Positions 63,671 through 64,000 of a DNA stretch of 64,000 nt are shown one piece after another; position 1 is the stretch's first letter, and each line of letters opens with the position of its first letter. The DNA is taken from positions 92,736,722 to 92,800,721 of the forward strand of contig NC_068986.1 of the NCBI RefSeq assembly GCF_001194135.2, in the 5' to 3' direction. The DNA is from Octopus bimaculoides. Its lineage: Eukaryota. Under the pieces are notes generated by a model, which saw only the letters and a list, made by a program, of their open reading frames with translations, searched no databases and was not told the DNA's origin. The position numbers and the translations under genes were made by a program.

Positions 63671-64000
63671 TACATACATACATACATATGTATATTTTGT
63701 AAATTCATGAGGTTAGTGCTTTGTGTGGCTATTGAATATGAACCATCTTGTTGCACAATGCGTCTCCATCTTTCCTTTAACTTGAAAATACCCTCTTCCC
63801 AGAATTGAGGTGGTTTCATGGCAAATACGTCGAAAGGTAAGCTACTATAAATCGGCACAAACTTTCCGGACAACCCAATACATGTAGGCATACCTGAGCA
63901 TGCTCACACACTGATATGCATACACAAATGTACAACGTTTGTGTATGCATATGAACACCAGGTACTCACTTGTCCCTCCTCGTTAGGTGGAATGCTTAAT

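Overview
This is repeat-rich, AT-rich eukaryotic DNA from a gapped draft assembly, with about 20 N-runs, most abutting simple repeats. It is very probably an octopus or other cephalopod genome (inference from the SINE/LINE repertoire). It holds two convergent, intron-rich genes, both 5'-incomplete. On the + strand, 16 coding exons (540-35433; 3561 nt, 1186 aa plus stop, all GT-AG and phase-consistent) encode the DH-PH-WD40-like part of an ARHGEF10/ARHGEF10L-type RhoGEF. On the - strand, 8 coding exons (61957 down to 46898; 756 nt, 251 aa plus stop) encode the C-terminal half of kynurenine 3-monooxygenase (KMO, fly cinnabar), the enzyme that makes the ommochrome precursor 3-hydroxykynurenine. 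Introns and the intergenic region contain tRNA-derived SINEs of at least 3-4 families, 3' fragments of RTE-type LINEs, decayed mariner, maT and Tigger transposons, hAT-like MITEs and microsatellites. The most unusual signals are: (i) minimal type-I hammerhead-ribozyme motifs of the Penelope-like kind, one with an intact core at 63228 and two in the arms of a ~440-bp intronic palindrome at 9085-9527; (ii) several long intronic fold-backs; (iii) a decayed triplication of an exon 3' end and its splice donor, split by a MITE; (iv) a 3-TIR composite mariner relic present twice in opposite orientation inside KMO. There is no prokaryotic content, CRISPR array or true tRNA/rRNA gene. All annotation was done by eye, and repeat boundaries are approximate.
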